A DNA stretch of 64,000 nucleotides from Candidatus Micrarchaeia archaeon. GTDB lineage: Archaea > Micrarchaeota > Micrarchaeia > Anstonellales > Bilamarchaeaceae. The stretch spans positions 426 through 64,425 of the forward strand of contig JBKHJL010000001.1 of assembly GCA_046538155.1 (NCBI GenBank), given 5' to 3'. The notes under the pieces are model-generated. The model had not been told where the DNA came from, searched no databases, and was given only the letters and a program-made list of their open reading frames with translations. Shown piece by piece: positions 27,486 to 35,819 of the stretch (positions are counted from its first letter, which is position 1; the number at the start of each line of letters is the position of its first letter). The position numbers and the translations under genes are program-made.

Positions 27486-29532
27486 TATCTACCAGATACT
27501 GAAGAGAGATGGTACGGTAGTCTTGTTTGACCGCAGCAGGATAAGGGATGCGGTCTGGAAGGCATTCCGGGTTACCGGAGAAGGGGACAAAGACAGGGCA
27601 GAGAACCTTACAGACCAGGTAGTGAGCCTGCTAAACAATAAGTTCAGGGAAAAGCCACCTTCGGTTGAGCAAATCCAAGACGTTGTTGAAGATGCCCTGA
27701 TACTCAATAAGTACCTGAAAACAGCAAAAGCCTACATTCTCTACCGCAGCCAGCATTCCCAGATGAGGGACCTTGGCCACCTTATGCGGAACGTGGAAAT
27801 AATAGATGGTTATCTTGAAAACAGCGACTGGAGGATAAAGGAAAATGCCAACATGGCATACTCCCTTCAGGGGCTCAACACCCACATTTCCAGCATAATA
27901 ATTTCCCAATACTGGATGAACAAAATATACTCTCCTGTGCTTGCAGAAGCCCACAAAAACGGGGACCTTCATGTCCATGATCTCAATACCCTGGGCGCAT
28001 ATTGTGTTGGCTGGGATATCCAGGACCTCCTTCTCAGTGGGTTCACTGGGGTGCGCGGCAAGATAGAAAGCAAGCCCCCGAAGCATTTCCGCACCGCCCT
28101 TGGGCAGATTGTAAATTACATTTACACCCTCCAGGGTGAAACTGCAGGTGCACAGGCGTTCTCCAATTTTGACACATATCTTGCTCCATTCATCCGCTAT
28201 GACAATCTTGGTTATGAAGAGGTAAAACAGGCAATGCAGGAATTCCTCTTCAACATGAATGTCCCGACCAGAGTAGGCTTCCAGACTCCTTTCAGCAACA
28301 TCACCATGGATCTTAATCCCCCTGGTTTCCTCAGGGACCAGGCAGTGATAAAGGGGGGAAAGCCGATGAAAGAAACATACGGGGAGTTCCAGGAGGAGAT
28401 GGACCTGCTGAATAAGGTGTTTACTGAAGTAATGTGCAAGGGTGATGCTTCAGGCCGCCCCTTCACCTTCCCCATACCTACCTATAATATAACAAGCGAT
28501 TTTGACTGGGAGTCTGATACTGCAAAAGGGATTTTTGAGATGACTGCAAAATACGGAATCCCCTACTTCTCAAATTTTATAAACAGCGACATGAGTCCGG
28601 ATGATGCCCGCTCAATGTGCTGCAGGCTCCGCCTGGACAACCGTGAGCTGAAAAAGAGAGGTGGAGGGCTTTTCGGTGCAAATCCCCTGACTGGTTCAAT
28701 AGGTGTGGTCACCATCAATCTCCCCCGTATCGGGTACCTCTCAAAAGATGAAGAACAGTATTTCCAGAAGCTCTCTGAGCTGATGGACCTTGCTTTCCAG
28801 AGCCTTGAAGCCAAGAGGAAGGTGCTGGAGATGTTTACAGAGCGCGGTCTCTATCCGTATACAAAATTCTATCTCCGCAACATAAAGGAATCAAATGGAA
28901 AGTACTGGAAGAATCATTTTGGAACAATAGGGCTTATCGGGATGAATGAGTCCGTAGTGAATTTCCTTGGCGCAGACCTTCTGAGCGGGGAAGGCAGGAA
29001 ATTTTCCGAGAGGGTGCTTGATTTTATGCGCGACAAGCTTGCGGATTATCAGCAGAGCACCGGAAATGTATATAACCTGGAGGCAACTCCCGGGGAAGGC
29101 ACAACTTACCGGCTTGCCCGCCTTGACAAGGTCCGCTACCCAGATATAGTTGTAGCGAACGAGAATGCATACAGGGAAACCAATGCTCCGGCATACTATA
29201 CGAATTCATCCCAGCTGCATGTTGCCTCCCGTATAGACCTGTTTGACGCACTGGAGATCCAGGACAGTCTTCAGACAAAGTATACGGGCGGAACAGTTTT
29301 CCATTCTTTCCTCGGAGAGCGCATTTATGACTGGAAGGCTGCCGCAAAACTCGTAAGGACAATAGCAGAGAATTTCCGACTTCCCTATTTCACACTTACC
29401 CCTACTTTCAGTATCTGCCCGGTCCATGGCTATATTCCCGGAGAGCACAAGTATTGTCCGAAGTGCGATGAGGAGATTGGCTATGCAGGGGCAGTGCGGA
29501 TGAAAGCAAAAGCTGGTGGTTCGAATGGATGA
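27463..29532 (+). CDS. nrdD: anaerobic ribonucleoside-triphosphate reductase (class III) catalytic subunit
   Basis: N-terminal ATP-cone (IYQILKRDGTVVLFDRSRIRDAVWKAF), the finger-loop Cys motif SMCCRLRLD and a C-terminal Zn-ribbon CPVHGY...CPKC. There is no glycyl-radical motif in this frame. Confidence 0.85.
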   Translation: MAIMEENNIYQILKRDGTVVLFDRSRIRDAVWKAFRVTGEGDKDRAENLTDQVVSLLNNKFREKPPSVEQIQDVVEDALILNKYLKTAKAYILYRSQHSQMRDLGHLMRNVEIIDGYLENSDWRIKENANMAYSLQGLNTHISSIIISQYWMNKIYSPVLAEAHKNGDLHVHDLNTLGAYCVGWDIQDLLLSGFTGVRGKIESKPPKHFRTALGQIVNYIYTLQGETAGAQAFSNFDTYLAPFIRYDNLGYEEVKQAMQEFLFNMNVPTRVGFQTPFSNITMDLNPPGFLRDQAVIKGGKPMKETYGEFQEEMDLLNKVFTEVMCKGDASGRPFTFPIPTYNITSDFDWESDTAKGIFEMTAKYGIPYFSNFINSDMSPDDARSMCCRLRLDNRELKKRGGGLFGANPLTGSIGVVTINLPRIGYLSKDEEQYFQKLSELMDLAFQSLEAKRKVLEMFTERGLYPYTKFYLRNIKESNGKYWKNHFGTIGLIGMNESVVNFLGADLLSGEGRKFSERVLDFMRDKLADYQQSTGNVYNLEATPGEGTTYRLARLDKVRYPDIVVANENAYRETNAPAYYTNSSQLHVASRIDLFDALEIQDSLQTKYTGGTVFHSFLGERIYDWKAAAKLVRTIAENFRLPYFTLTPTFSICPVHGYIPGEHKYCPKCDEEIGYAGAVRMKAKAGGSNG

Positions 29533-29689
29533 AGAAAGGATAAAAGAACTGGAAAAGAAAAGGGTTCCCTGCGAGGTATATTCCAGGGTGGTGGGCTACA
29601 TAAGGCCCGTTTCCCAGTGGAATGAGGGAAAACAGGAGGAGTTTTCCGAAAGGCATCTGTTTTCCTCTTCCGAACAGAGCAAGAGGTAA
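29525..29689 (+). CDS. 54-aa ORF encoding the NrdD glycyl-radical segment (RVVGYIRPVSQWNEGKQEEFSERH)
   Basis: ATG at 29525 overlaps the nrdD stop (ATGGATGA). The translation MDEERIKELEKKRVPCEVYSRVVGYIRPVSQWNEGKQEEF... aligns with the NrdD C-terminal consensus RRVCGYLGSP...NAGKQEE. It is not in the supplied ORF track because it is under 60 aa. Confidence 0.65.
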   Translation: MDEERIKELEKKRVPCEVYSRVVGYIRPVSQWNEGKQEEFSERHLFSSSEQSKR

Positions 29690-29695
29690 CTGTAA

Positions 29696-30406
29696 ATGAG
29701 CCTTGACTTTGCCCACATAGAGAAAACAAGCCTCCTTGATTATCCCCGGGAGGTTTGTTCAACTCTTTTCACTGTGGGGTGCAATTTCCGCTGCCCTTTT
29801 TGCCACAACCGTTTCCTGGTGGTTCCCGAAGAATTTCCCCCCCAGAGAATTTCCCCGGAGCAGGCCCTTTCAGAGCTCAGTAAGCGTAAGAGGTATGTTT
29901 CTGCCGCAACAATCACTGGAGGGGAGCCAACAATCCATGCAGACCTGCCATGGTTTATTTCTTCCCTTAAGGATGAGGGCATAAAAGTAAAACTGGATTC
30001 AAACGGCACCAATCCGGAAATGCTCAAAGAGCTTTATTCCAAGGAATTTTTGGATTATGTTGCCATGGATATAAAATCCTCGCTTGATTTCTACGAGGAA
30101 TCTGCAGGCACGGGTGTTGATATCTCAAAAATAAAAGAGAGCGTGGAGATCATCCGCAATTCCGGAATTCCCTACGAATTCCGGACAACCGTTGTCCCCG
30201 GTCTCCATGATCTGGAAAAGATGGAAGAGATTGGAAAGTGGCTGGAAGGCTCGGACTACTATGTGATACAGTCATTTTCTCCTGAAGGGGGCACGCTGGA
30301 AGACTCTTTTTCCCTTAGAAAGCCATTTGCTGACAAGGAACTGAATGCATTTGTTGATGCAGCGAAGCCCTATTTCAAGAAGGTAGTGTTAAGGACATAT
30401 TACTAA
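29696..30406 (+). CDS. nrdG: anaerobic ribonucleotide reductase activating protein (radical SAM)
   Basis: GCNFRCPFCHN radical-SAM CX3CX2C motif near the N-terminus, a 236-aa length, and a position immediately after nrdD. Confidence 0.85.
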   Translation: MSLDFAHIEKTSLLDYPREVCSTLFTVGCNFRCPFCHNRFLVVPEEFPPQRISPEQALSELSKRKRYVSAATITGGEPTIHADLPWFISSLKDEGIKVKLDSNGTNPEMLKELYSKEFLDYVAMDIKSSLDFYEESAGTGVDISKIKESVEIIRNSGIPYEFRTTVVPGLHDLEKMEEIGKWLEGSDYYVIQSFSPEGGTLEDSFSLRKPFADKELNAFVDAAKPYFKKVVLRTYY

Positions 30407-32055
30407 TCCTCATTCCTGAGCTTCAGCAACAACCTCCCCATTCTCAGAAGGGCAGAGTTTGCCTGTTCTATTGAATATGCCGCATCAACAAAAATGGTGC
30501 TGGTATAACTGGAAAGACTCTTGTCCGCAAGCCTCTTTATGTGGCTCCGGTAAGCCTTGTGTATAATTTTTTCAGTTTTTGCCCTCCTCTTTGTCATAGA
30601 CCGAAGTGTTTTTTTGTCCATTTTCCATCCTTTCTCAACAATTTTTCCACTTATATCATCAAACCCTTTCTTTATCTCATCCAGTTCTTCCACTGCTTCG
30701 GGAATCAGGTATTCCCCTCTGTCATCAAGTTTTACAGCAAGCTTTGCAAATTCTTTGCTCAGGTCCCCCATCTGCTCAACCTTGTTTGCTAGTCTTGCCA
30801 GTATGATTATGTCTTCTGACTGCCCAGGGGTCAGCCTCCGCTCCGAGAGGTCCACCAGAACCTCTGAAATTCTCTCCTCAAGATGGTCAATGAGGGTTTC
30901 CAGCTTATTCACCTTCATCATTTTGTTCGCTTTTGCCGCCCTTAGCATCCCATAGGAGAGATAGAAGGATTCCCGCATAAACTCCATCTGCCGCTGCAGC
31001 TCTTTTTCAACCGCCCTTATCGCACTGTCATTTTTCTTGGGTATTTTTTCAATGTACTTGGTTTTGAAGAGTATTTCTTTTTCCTTCCCCGGCACCATCT
31101 TTTCGGTAATCTTTATTACCGGGCCAAGCAGCAGCAGAAATACGACTGCAGTTGTCACGTTAAATATGGTATGGGCATTTGCAATCATCTGTCCCCCGTT
31201 CCCTCCCAATCCTTCCACAAATCCGGTAAAGGGCACCAGCAGAGGTATGAATACGAGAACTCCGCAGATGTTGAATATTGCATGGGCTGCAGCCGTCCTT
31301 TTTGCAAACAGCTCCATTCTCCATACGGAAAGCAATGCAGTGGAAGTAGTTCCTAGATTGGCCCCCATTATTATGGGCAGTGCTGTTCCAAGCCCGAGCA
31401 GTCCTTCCGCACCCAGTACAACCACAATCCCTGTAGTCGCGGAACTTGACTGCAGTACCATTGTGAGTATTGCCCCTGCGATTATCCCCAACAGTGGATT
31501 CTTCAGTTTAGCCAGCATGTCCAGCATTTCGGAGTTCGTTTTAAGCGGGGCAACGGCCTCGGAAAGGAACCCGATTGCAAGAAAGAGGAATCCAAAATAG
31601 AAAATTGTTTTTCCCAGGAATTTATATTTTCCTCCCACAAACCCCAGAACAAAACCTAACACGATAAAAAATGGGGCAAGCGCTGCAAAGTTGAAGGCAA
31701 TCAGTTGCGCAGTTACAGTAGTCCCCACATTCGCCCCTGCAATTATCCCCAGGCTCTGAGCAAAGGAGATTATCCCCGCATTTACCAGTCCCACAGTAAT
31801 TACTGTTGTTGCGGTGCTGGACTGGATTGCTGCAGTTGTTGCTGCCCCGGTAAGTGCCCCCATCCATCTGTTCTTAGTGAGTTTCTGGAGTACTTTCCTG
31901 AGTCTTTCGCTGGCTATTTTCTGCAGCTCCCTGCTGAGGTGCTCTATCCCATATACAAACAGCACAATTGCAGCAAGCAGACCCATAAAGGATTCAAACT
32001 CCATCAGAAATCTATTTCCAATCACCCTTTTATTTCTTGCTCCCCCCAGTTCCAT
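30403..32055 (-). CDS. Na+/phosphate cotransporter family protein with C-terminal PhoU-like domains
   Basis: 550 aa. The N-terminal ~330 aa polytopic region has the duplicated Na_Pi_cotrans pattern (NAGIISFAQSLGIIAGANVGTTVTAQL ... IIMGANLGTTSTALL). The C-terminal part is a helical PhoU-like region. Confidence 0.8.
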   Translation of the reverse strand: MELGGARNKRVIGNRFLMEFESFMGLLAAIVLFVYGIEHLSRELQKIASERLRKVLQKLTKNRWMGALTGAATTAAIQSSTATTVITVGLVNAGIISFAQSLGIIAGANVGTTVTAQLIAFNFAALAPFFIVLGFVLGFVGGKYKFLGKTIFYFGFLFLAIGFLSEAVAPLKTNSEMLDMLAKLKNPLLGIIAGAILTMVLQSSSATTGIVVVLGAEGLLGLGTALPIIMGANLGTTSTALLSVWRMELFAKRTAAAHAIFNICGVLVFIPLLVPFTGFVEGLGGNGGQMIANAHTIFNVTTAVVFLLLLGPVIKITEKMVPGKEKEILFKTKYIEKIPKKNDSAIRAVEKELQRQMEFMRESFYLSYGMLRAAKANKMMKVNKLETLIDHLEERISEVLVDLSERRLTPGQSEDIIILARLANKVEQMGDLSKEFAKLAVKLDDRGEYLIPEAVEELDEIKKGFDDISGKIVEKGWKMDKKTLRSMTKRRAKTEKIIHKAYRSHIKRLADKSLSSYTSTIFVDAAYSIEQANSALLRMGRLLLKLRNED

Positions 32056-32064
32056 GGGTGGAAA

Positions 32065-32418
32065 ATGAAAATCCCCGTATTCCTGGCTATAGCTTCTGTG
32101 TTCCTTCTTTCAGGCTGTCCCAGCCAGGAGCCTTCTGAGTCAACACCACTGGAGATAAACAGCTTTGAGGAATGTGCTGCGGCAGGCTATCCGGTGATGG
32201 AGTCCTATCCTGAAAGGTGTAATGCTCCGGGAGTTGGAACATTCACCCGTGTCCTTTCCGATGAGGAATGCCAGAATGCAGATATAGATTATTGTTTTGC
32301 AACCTGCAGGGTATGCCCTCCCTGCCCGGAATGCAGTTCCCTGGGTTGCAGGAGCGCTGAATTCTGCGAGAGCATGGGGTTCACTGAAGAATGGCATGAG
32401 TCCATAAAAGCAGATTAG
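32065..32418 (+). CDS. small secreted cysteine-rich lipoprotein-like protein
   Basis: MKIPVFLAIASVFLLSGC signal with a lipobox-like element, then 14 Cys in ~95 aa. The 5' extension of the track ORF (31705..) overlaps the transporter gene on the opposite strand and was discarded. Confidence 0.5.
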   Translation: MKIPVFLAIASVFLLSGCPSQEPSESTPLEINSFEECAAAGYPVMESYPERCNAPGVGTFTRVLSDEECQNADIDYCFATCRVCPPCPECSSLGCRSAEFCESMGFTEEWHESIKAD

Positions 32419-32460
32419 CGCATCGCGCTTCCTTTTTATCCCTTCCCCCACCCAATACGC

Positions 32461-33706
32461 ATGCAGATGATGACAAAGGTGATCACCGAGCCAGGCCCTA
32501 AGCCAGCTGCCGCATATGATGTCAATCATTGCTGTACAGGAGATAGCCTCCGGCCACGGCCAACCGGGCTGGTTTCCAGTTCCGGGTTTCCGGTTTCGGC
32601 CGGGAATGCGATGACGAGTGACGTGCGGTCTGATGCACATAATGTTTCGGGTTCCGGGTTTTCAGTTTCGTCGTTTTCCGTTCTGATTCGCCTCTGGCGA
32701 ATTCTCTTGAGGCAAGCTCAAGATCCGGGTTTTGGGGGCAGGGATGGGAGTGCTGAAAATAATCTGTGCCAGACCCGGGAGTTGTCTGTTTCGGGTTCTG
32801 AGAAACCTTCGGTTTCTTCTGTTGAGCAGAGCTCAACATCCGCGTTTCGGACCCGGAAAGAAGCCCAGGCCCAAATACGGAAAGACTGGAAACGGATAAA
32901 AAAAGAGCTGGATTTCCTTGCGCGCTATGCTTCCAAGGACAAGCTTGCCGAAGCCATAACCCTCTTCTCGGAAGGCAGGAAATCCCGCTTCCTGCGCAGG
33001 AGAACCCCTAAATACGGCTCCATGAACAAGGGCTTCACCAACGAAGAATTACAGAAATTCTTCAATGCAGCGGACGACCCGCGGATGCACCTCCTGTTCA
33101 GCTACCAGGCCATTTTGGGGCTTCGGATAGGCGAAGCCGTCCGCATCCACATCAAGGACATCAACCTCAAAACAAGGGAACTCAGGATAGAAACTGAGAA
33201 GGCCAAAACTCTGGACTTCCTGCTCATCCCTGAGCAGCTGTTCAACGCCACCCTGAGCTACATCCACAACTCCGAAACCGAAATCACGAATGCGGGCGGC
33301 TACCTCTTCTTTGCAGAAAACCGCCACCTCTCCATAAGCTACGCAAGGCAGAAATTCAACCAATACATAAGGAAGGCAAGGCTCTACGAAACCTACGGCT
33401 TTTCCAACGACCCGAAACCCAGAACCCTATGCCATCCCGAAGCGCAGAAATAGCCGGCTTCGCCGCCTGCACTTCGGAATGTCAACCCGTCTCACAACCC
33501 ACAGCCTGCGCCACTACGCAATTACCAACCACTCCAAGAAAAACAACGGAAACGTCGTCCTTGTAAACAAGTTCGCCCGCCACCGCAGGCTCCAGACCAC
33601 AATGGTTTACATTTACACGAACAAGGAGGAACTTTACCGGAGCATCGAGCGCGCCCAGGACACGAAACTCCTGAACAGGATTAGGCGGATGCAGGAGGGG
33701 ATTTGA
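32461..33706 (+). pseudogene. tyrosine recombinase/integrase (phage-integrase family), disrupted by a frameshift and stop between the box I and box II regions
   Basis: The upstream fragment 32461..33453 carries the conserved Arg context (LGLRIGEAVRIHIKDINLKTRELRI). The downstream fragment 33479..33706 is in another frame and carries HSLRHYAIT (HxxR) and the catalytic Tyr (TTMVYIYT). The first ~120 codons of the upstream ORF are low-complexity and probably not coding. Confidence 0.65.
32617..32642. repeat. left copy of an imperfect direct repeat AGTGACGTGCGGTCTGAT(G/A)CACA(T/A)A
   Basis: An 18-nt exact match (24/26 over the 26-nt span) to 35767..35792, 3150 bp downstream. A shared CCGGTTTCG element lies upstream of both copies. 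Confidence 0.55.
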
Positions 33707-33785
33707 AGCTCGCCGAAACCAAAACACCGGAAAGCTGGCGGGAGCAGCTTTTTATGTAATTGCAGAGAGAATACTGCAGTTCATT

Positions 33786-34427
33786 ATGTACATCGCGATA
33801 GATTCCTCAAACCAACTGCTCTACACAGGGATAATTTCTGGAAGGGAGAAGGACATTGATGCACTTTACAAGGAATTTGAACAGATATTCAGCAAGAACA
33901 ACGTGGCGGGAAAATACCACTGGAGCAAACTGTCCAAGAAAACCAGGGACAAGCTGAAAAAGCCCCTTATCCAGGCATTGAAAAACACCTCCAGAGTGAA
34001 TCTAAATATTGTGCAGCACAGGAAGCCCCAGAAAAGCGAGAAAAAAGATTGGTACGTGTATTACCTGCCAGCGAAGATAGCCCAACGGCTCGAGCGCTGG
34101 CTCGAAAAAACAAGAGGGCACGTAGACATCATCGTCGACAATGATTACAACGTGGTGCGCGGAGGAGATGGAACGAAGAATTTCATTGAAAGCCTGTTGA
34201 GGCAGCTCGGAGTCCGCCTTACCGGAAAGGAAGTAACGGTAAGGAGGGAGAGAGGAATACTCAAGGCAACGATAAAGCACGCGAACGGGCGAATCCTGAA
34301 CATATTCGGTTCGGTTGCGAACAAAGGAACGAAAGGCCTTCACCTGGTTGACGTTTATCTTGGTTTGTATCTGTCAGATAAGAAGGCATTTGAAAAGCTC
34401 AAGAATGTATATTTCCTAGAAATATAA
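33786..34427 (+). CDS. hypothetical protein (island cargo)
   Basis: 213 aa. The N-terminus MYIAIDSSNQLLYTG resembles the start of RNase-H-like/DUF3800-type proteins. The assignment is weak. Confidence 0.4.
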   Translation: MYIAIDSSNQLLYTGIISGREKDIDALYKEFEQIFSKNNVAGKYHWSKLSKKTRDKLKKPLIQALKNTSRVNLNIVQHRKPQKSEKKDWYVYYLPAKIAQRLERWLEKTRGHVDIIVDNDYNVVRGGDGTKNFIESLLRQLGVRLTGKEVTVRRERGILKATIKHANGRILNIFGSVANKGTKGLHLVDVYLGLYLSDKKAFEKLKNVYFLEI

Positions 34428-34693
34428 AGATACCACCTTTTACGGCGGTGGTGAGTTTTCGGGCGTTTCGAAGGCCACGTCCCCAAGGGATCCTACCTCC
34501 AGAAACTACGACTCCGAAAATATTCCGAACTAAAAGCTTAAAAAGTTAACTCTTTTTCCACAAATTACACCATTCTAACATAGCTATCCAAAAACTTTAG
34601 ATTGGAAAACAAGTTCAATTCCCTGAACTTAAGCTCAACCAATACCTATTTAAACATTACTAACCATAAATAATAACTAATAATGGTGAAAAT

Positions 34694-35521
34694 ATGGCAC
34701 AAGCAGCAAGAAAGCTACATATGAAAACAACCAGGTTTGAGCTTAATGGCAAGCCTGTTACTGTAGGCGTATTAAGGAAATTCAGTGACAGGGAAAGAAT
34801 TCCACTTTTGGAAGCCCCCGGAGCAGTAAAGGCTGCAAATGCAGAATATGGAACCAACCTCAGGCTTATCAGCCACAAGGTATTGAATCATCTGCTCACT
34901 AAAACCGATAACTGGAGGGAAATCCGCGAGGTTTTCCCGTGTCCTGCCGGAGAAGGCCTGGCATACGAAAAAGCAGGCACCAAGCTGGGAAACCAGATAG
35001 TTTTTGCTGAAGAAGGCGAGCCAAGGGTAGTTATTTCCACTGGAAAATACAAGGGGGAGAAAGGAATCGCCCTTGTAGTTCCTGAGTTGACTGCTGATGA
35101 CATTCAAAAAGATGGAAAAGACATAGTAATTGCTGTTCCTGACACCAGGTTGGTTGTTGTTCCAGAATTTCCTTCTGAAGATGAGTGGTACATGCCACAT
35201 GAAGAAACAGGAATTCCAAGTGGCAAAAAGGTTGAGTATTCTAGTGAAGCTAGGCATCTTTGGAGAAGGGGCTCTTCATATGTGGGCCTTCCGGTCCGCT
35301 ACGACTTCTACTACTACGACAACAGGCAGGACGTCTTTGCCGGCGTCCTGCCGCACGACGTTCTCGGGGTGGCAGTTGAAGTCCCCGCAGGGGACGCCGC
35401 AAAAATTGAAGGCCCCAGGCAACTGAGCGTCTCCCAGGATGGCGAGAGGCTTATCGTGGAAGGCACTCCAGAGCAGCTTGAGGCCGCCCCAAAAGTGCTT
35501 AACCAGCTCAAAGAGCAGTAA
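34694..35521 (+). CDS. hypothetical protein (island cargo), GC-rich codon usage
   Basis: 275 aa with no recognisable motifs. It shows GC-rich third positions (e.g. CCGGTCCGCTACGACTTCTACTACTACGAC) unlike neighbouring genes. Confidence 0.45.
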   Translation: MAQAARKLHMKTTRFELNGKPVTVGVLRKFSDRERIPLLEAPGAVKAANAEYGTNLRLISHKVLNHLLTKTDNWREIREVFPCPAGEGLAYEKAGTKLGNQIVFAEEGEPRVVISTGKYKGEKGIALVVPELTADDIQKDGKDIVIAVPDTRLVVVPEFPSEDEWYMPHEETGIPSGKKVEYSSEARHLWRRGSSYVGLPVRYDFYYYDNRQDVFAGVLPHDVLGVAVEVPAGDAAKIEGPRQLSVSQDGERLIVEGTPEQLEAAPKVLNQLKEQ

Positions 35522-35766
35522 TCATTACTTTTTTTATCCTTTTCATTTCTAGTTCTAATCCCGGGTGCAAGCCTGGGCCACACACCCATCTGCAGTGCTG
35601 GGAGCTTATTTAAGCGAGCCAGACATGAAATTCAACAGCAACAGTTAGTAGATTATACCAATTGAACGCATGAAGCTGTGGTGCCGGCTCGGAGAGTTTT
35701 TGGTTGCCGGTTTCGAAGTTTAAAAATTTCAAAACGGAAAACCCAAAACACGAAACCTGCGCCAGC

Positions 35767-35792
35767 AGTGACGTGCGGTCTGATACACAAAT
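35767..35792. repeat. right copy of the direct repeat AGTGACGTGCGGTCTGATACACAAA
   Basis: See 32617..32642. Confidence 0.55.
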
Positions 35793-35819
35793 AAACCTAA
35801 CTGGAGAAACGGGTTCTGC

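Larger units (their letters stand above)
32617..35792. mobile_element. putative degraded integrative element (~3.2 kb) carrying a disrupted tyrosine recombinase and two orphan genes, bounded by direct repeats
   Basis: Flanking direct repeats, an integrase gene interrupted by frameshift and stop, cargo ORFs without homologous context, and locally elevated GC stretches. It sits between a conserved transporter/secreted-protein gene and pckA. Confidence 0.45.

Noticed and set aside
31705-32064. 5' part of the track ORF 31705..32418 on the + strand
   Set aside because: It overlaps the N-terminal coding region of the Na/Pi cotransporter on the other strand. The genuine gene starts at the internal Met (32065), which gives a clean signal peptide.
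32540-32620. possible tRNA or attachment structure in CCGGGCTGGTTTCCAGTTCCGGGTTTCCGGTTTCGGCCGGG
   Set aside because: It is a GC-rich stretch with short inverted repeats but no cloverleaf could be folded by eye. Noted only as context of the left direct repeat.
32461-32830. first ~120 codons of the integrase ORF
   Set aside because: The translation is low-complexity (Ser/Gly/Val/Phe-rich) and spans the direct repeat and flanking GGTTTCCGG-type repeats. It is likely non-coding sequence upstream of the real, now-disrupted integrase start.
35540-35580. tRNA-like fragment GTTCTAATCCCGGGTGCAAGCCTGGGCC
   Set aside because: It resembles a T-arm/acceptor end (…TTC-AATCC…) but has no complete cloverleaf (no D-arm or anticodon stem found by eye). 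It could be a relic of a tRNA-gene integration target but cannot be supported as a gene.
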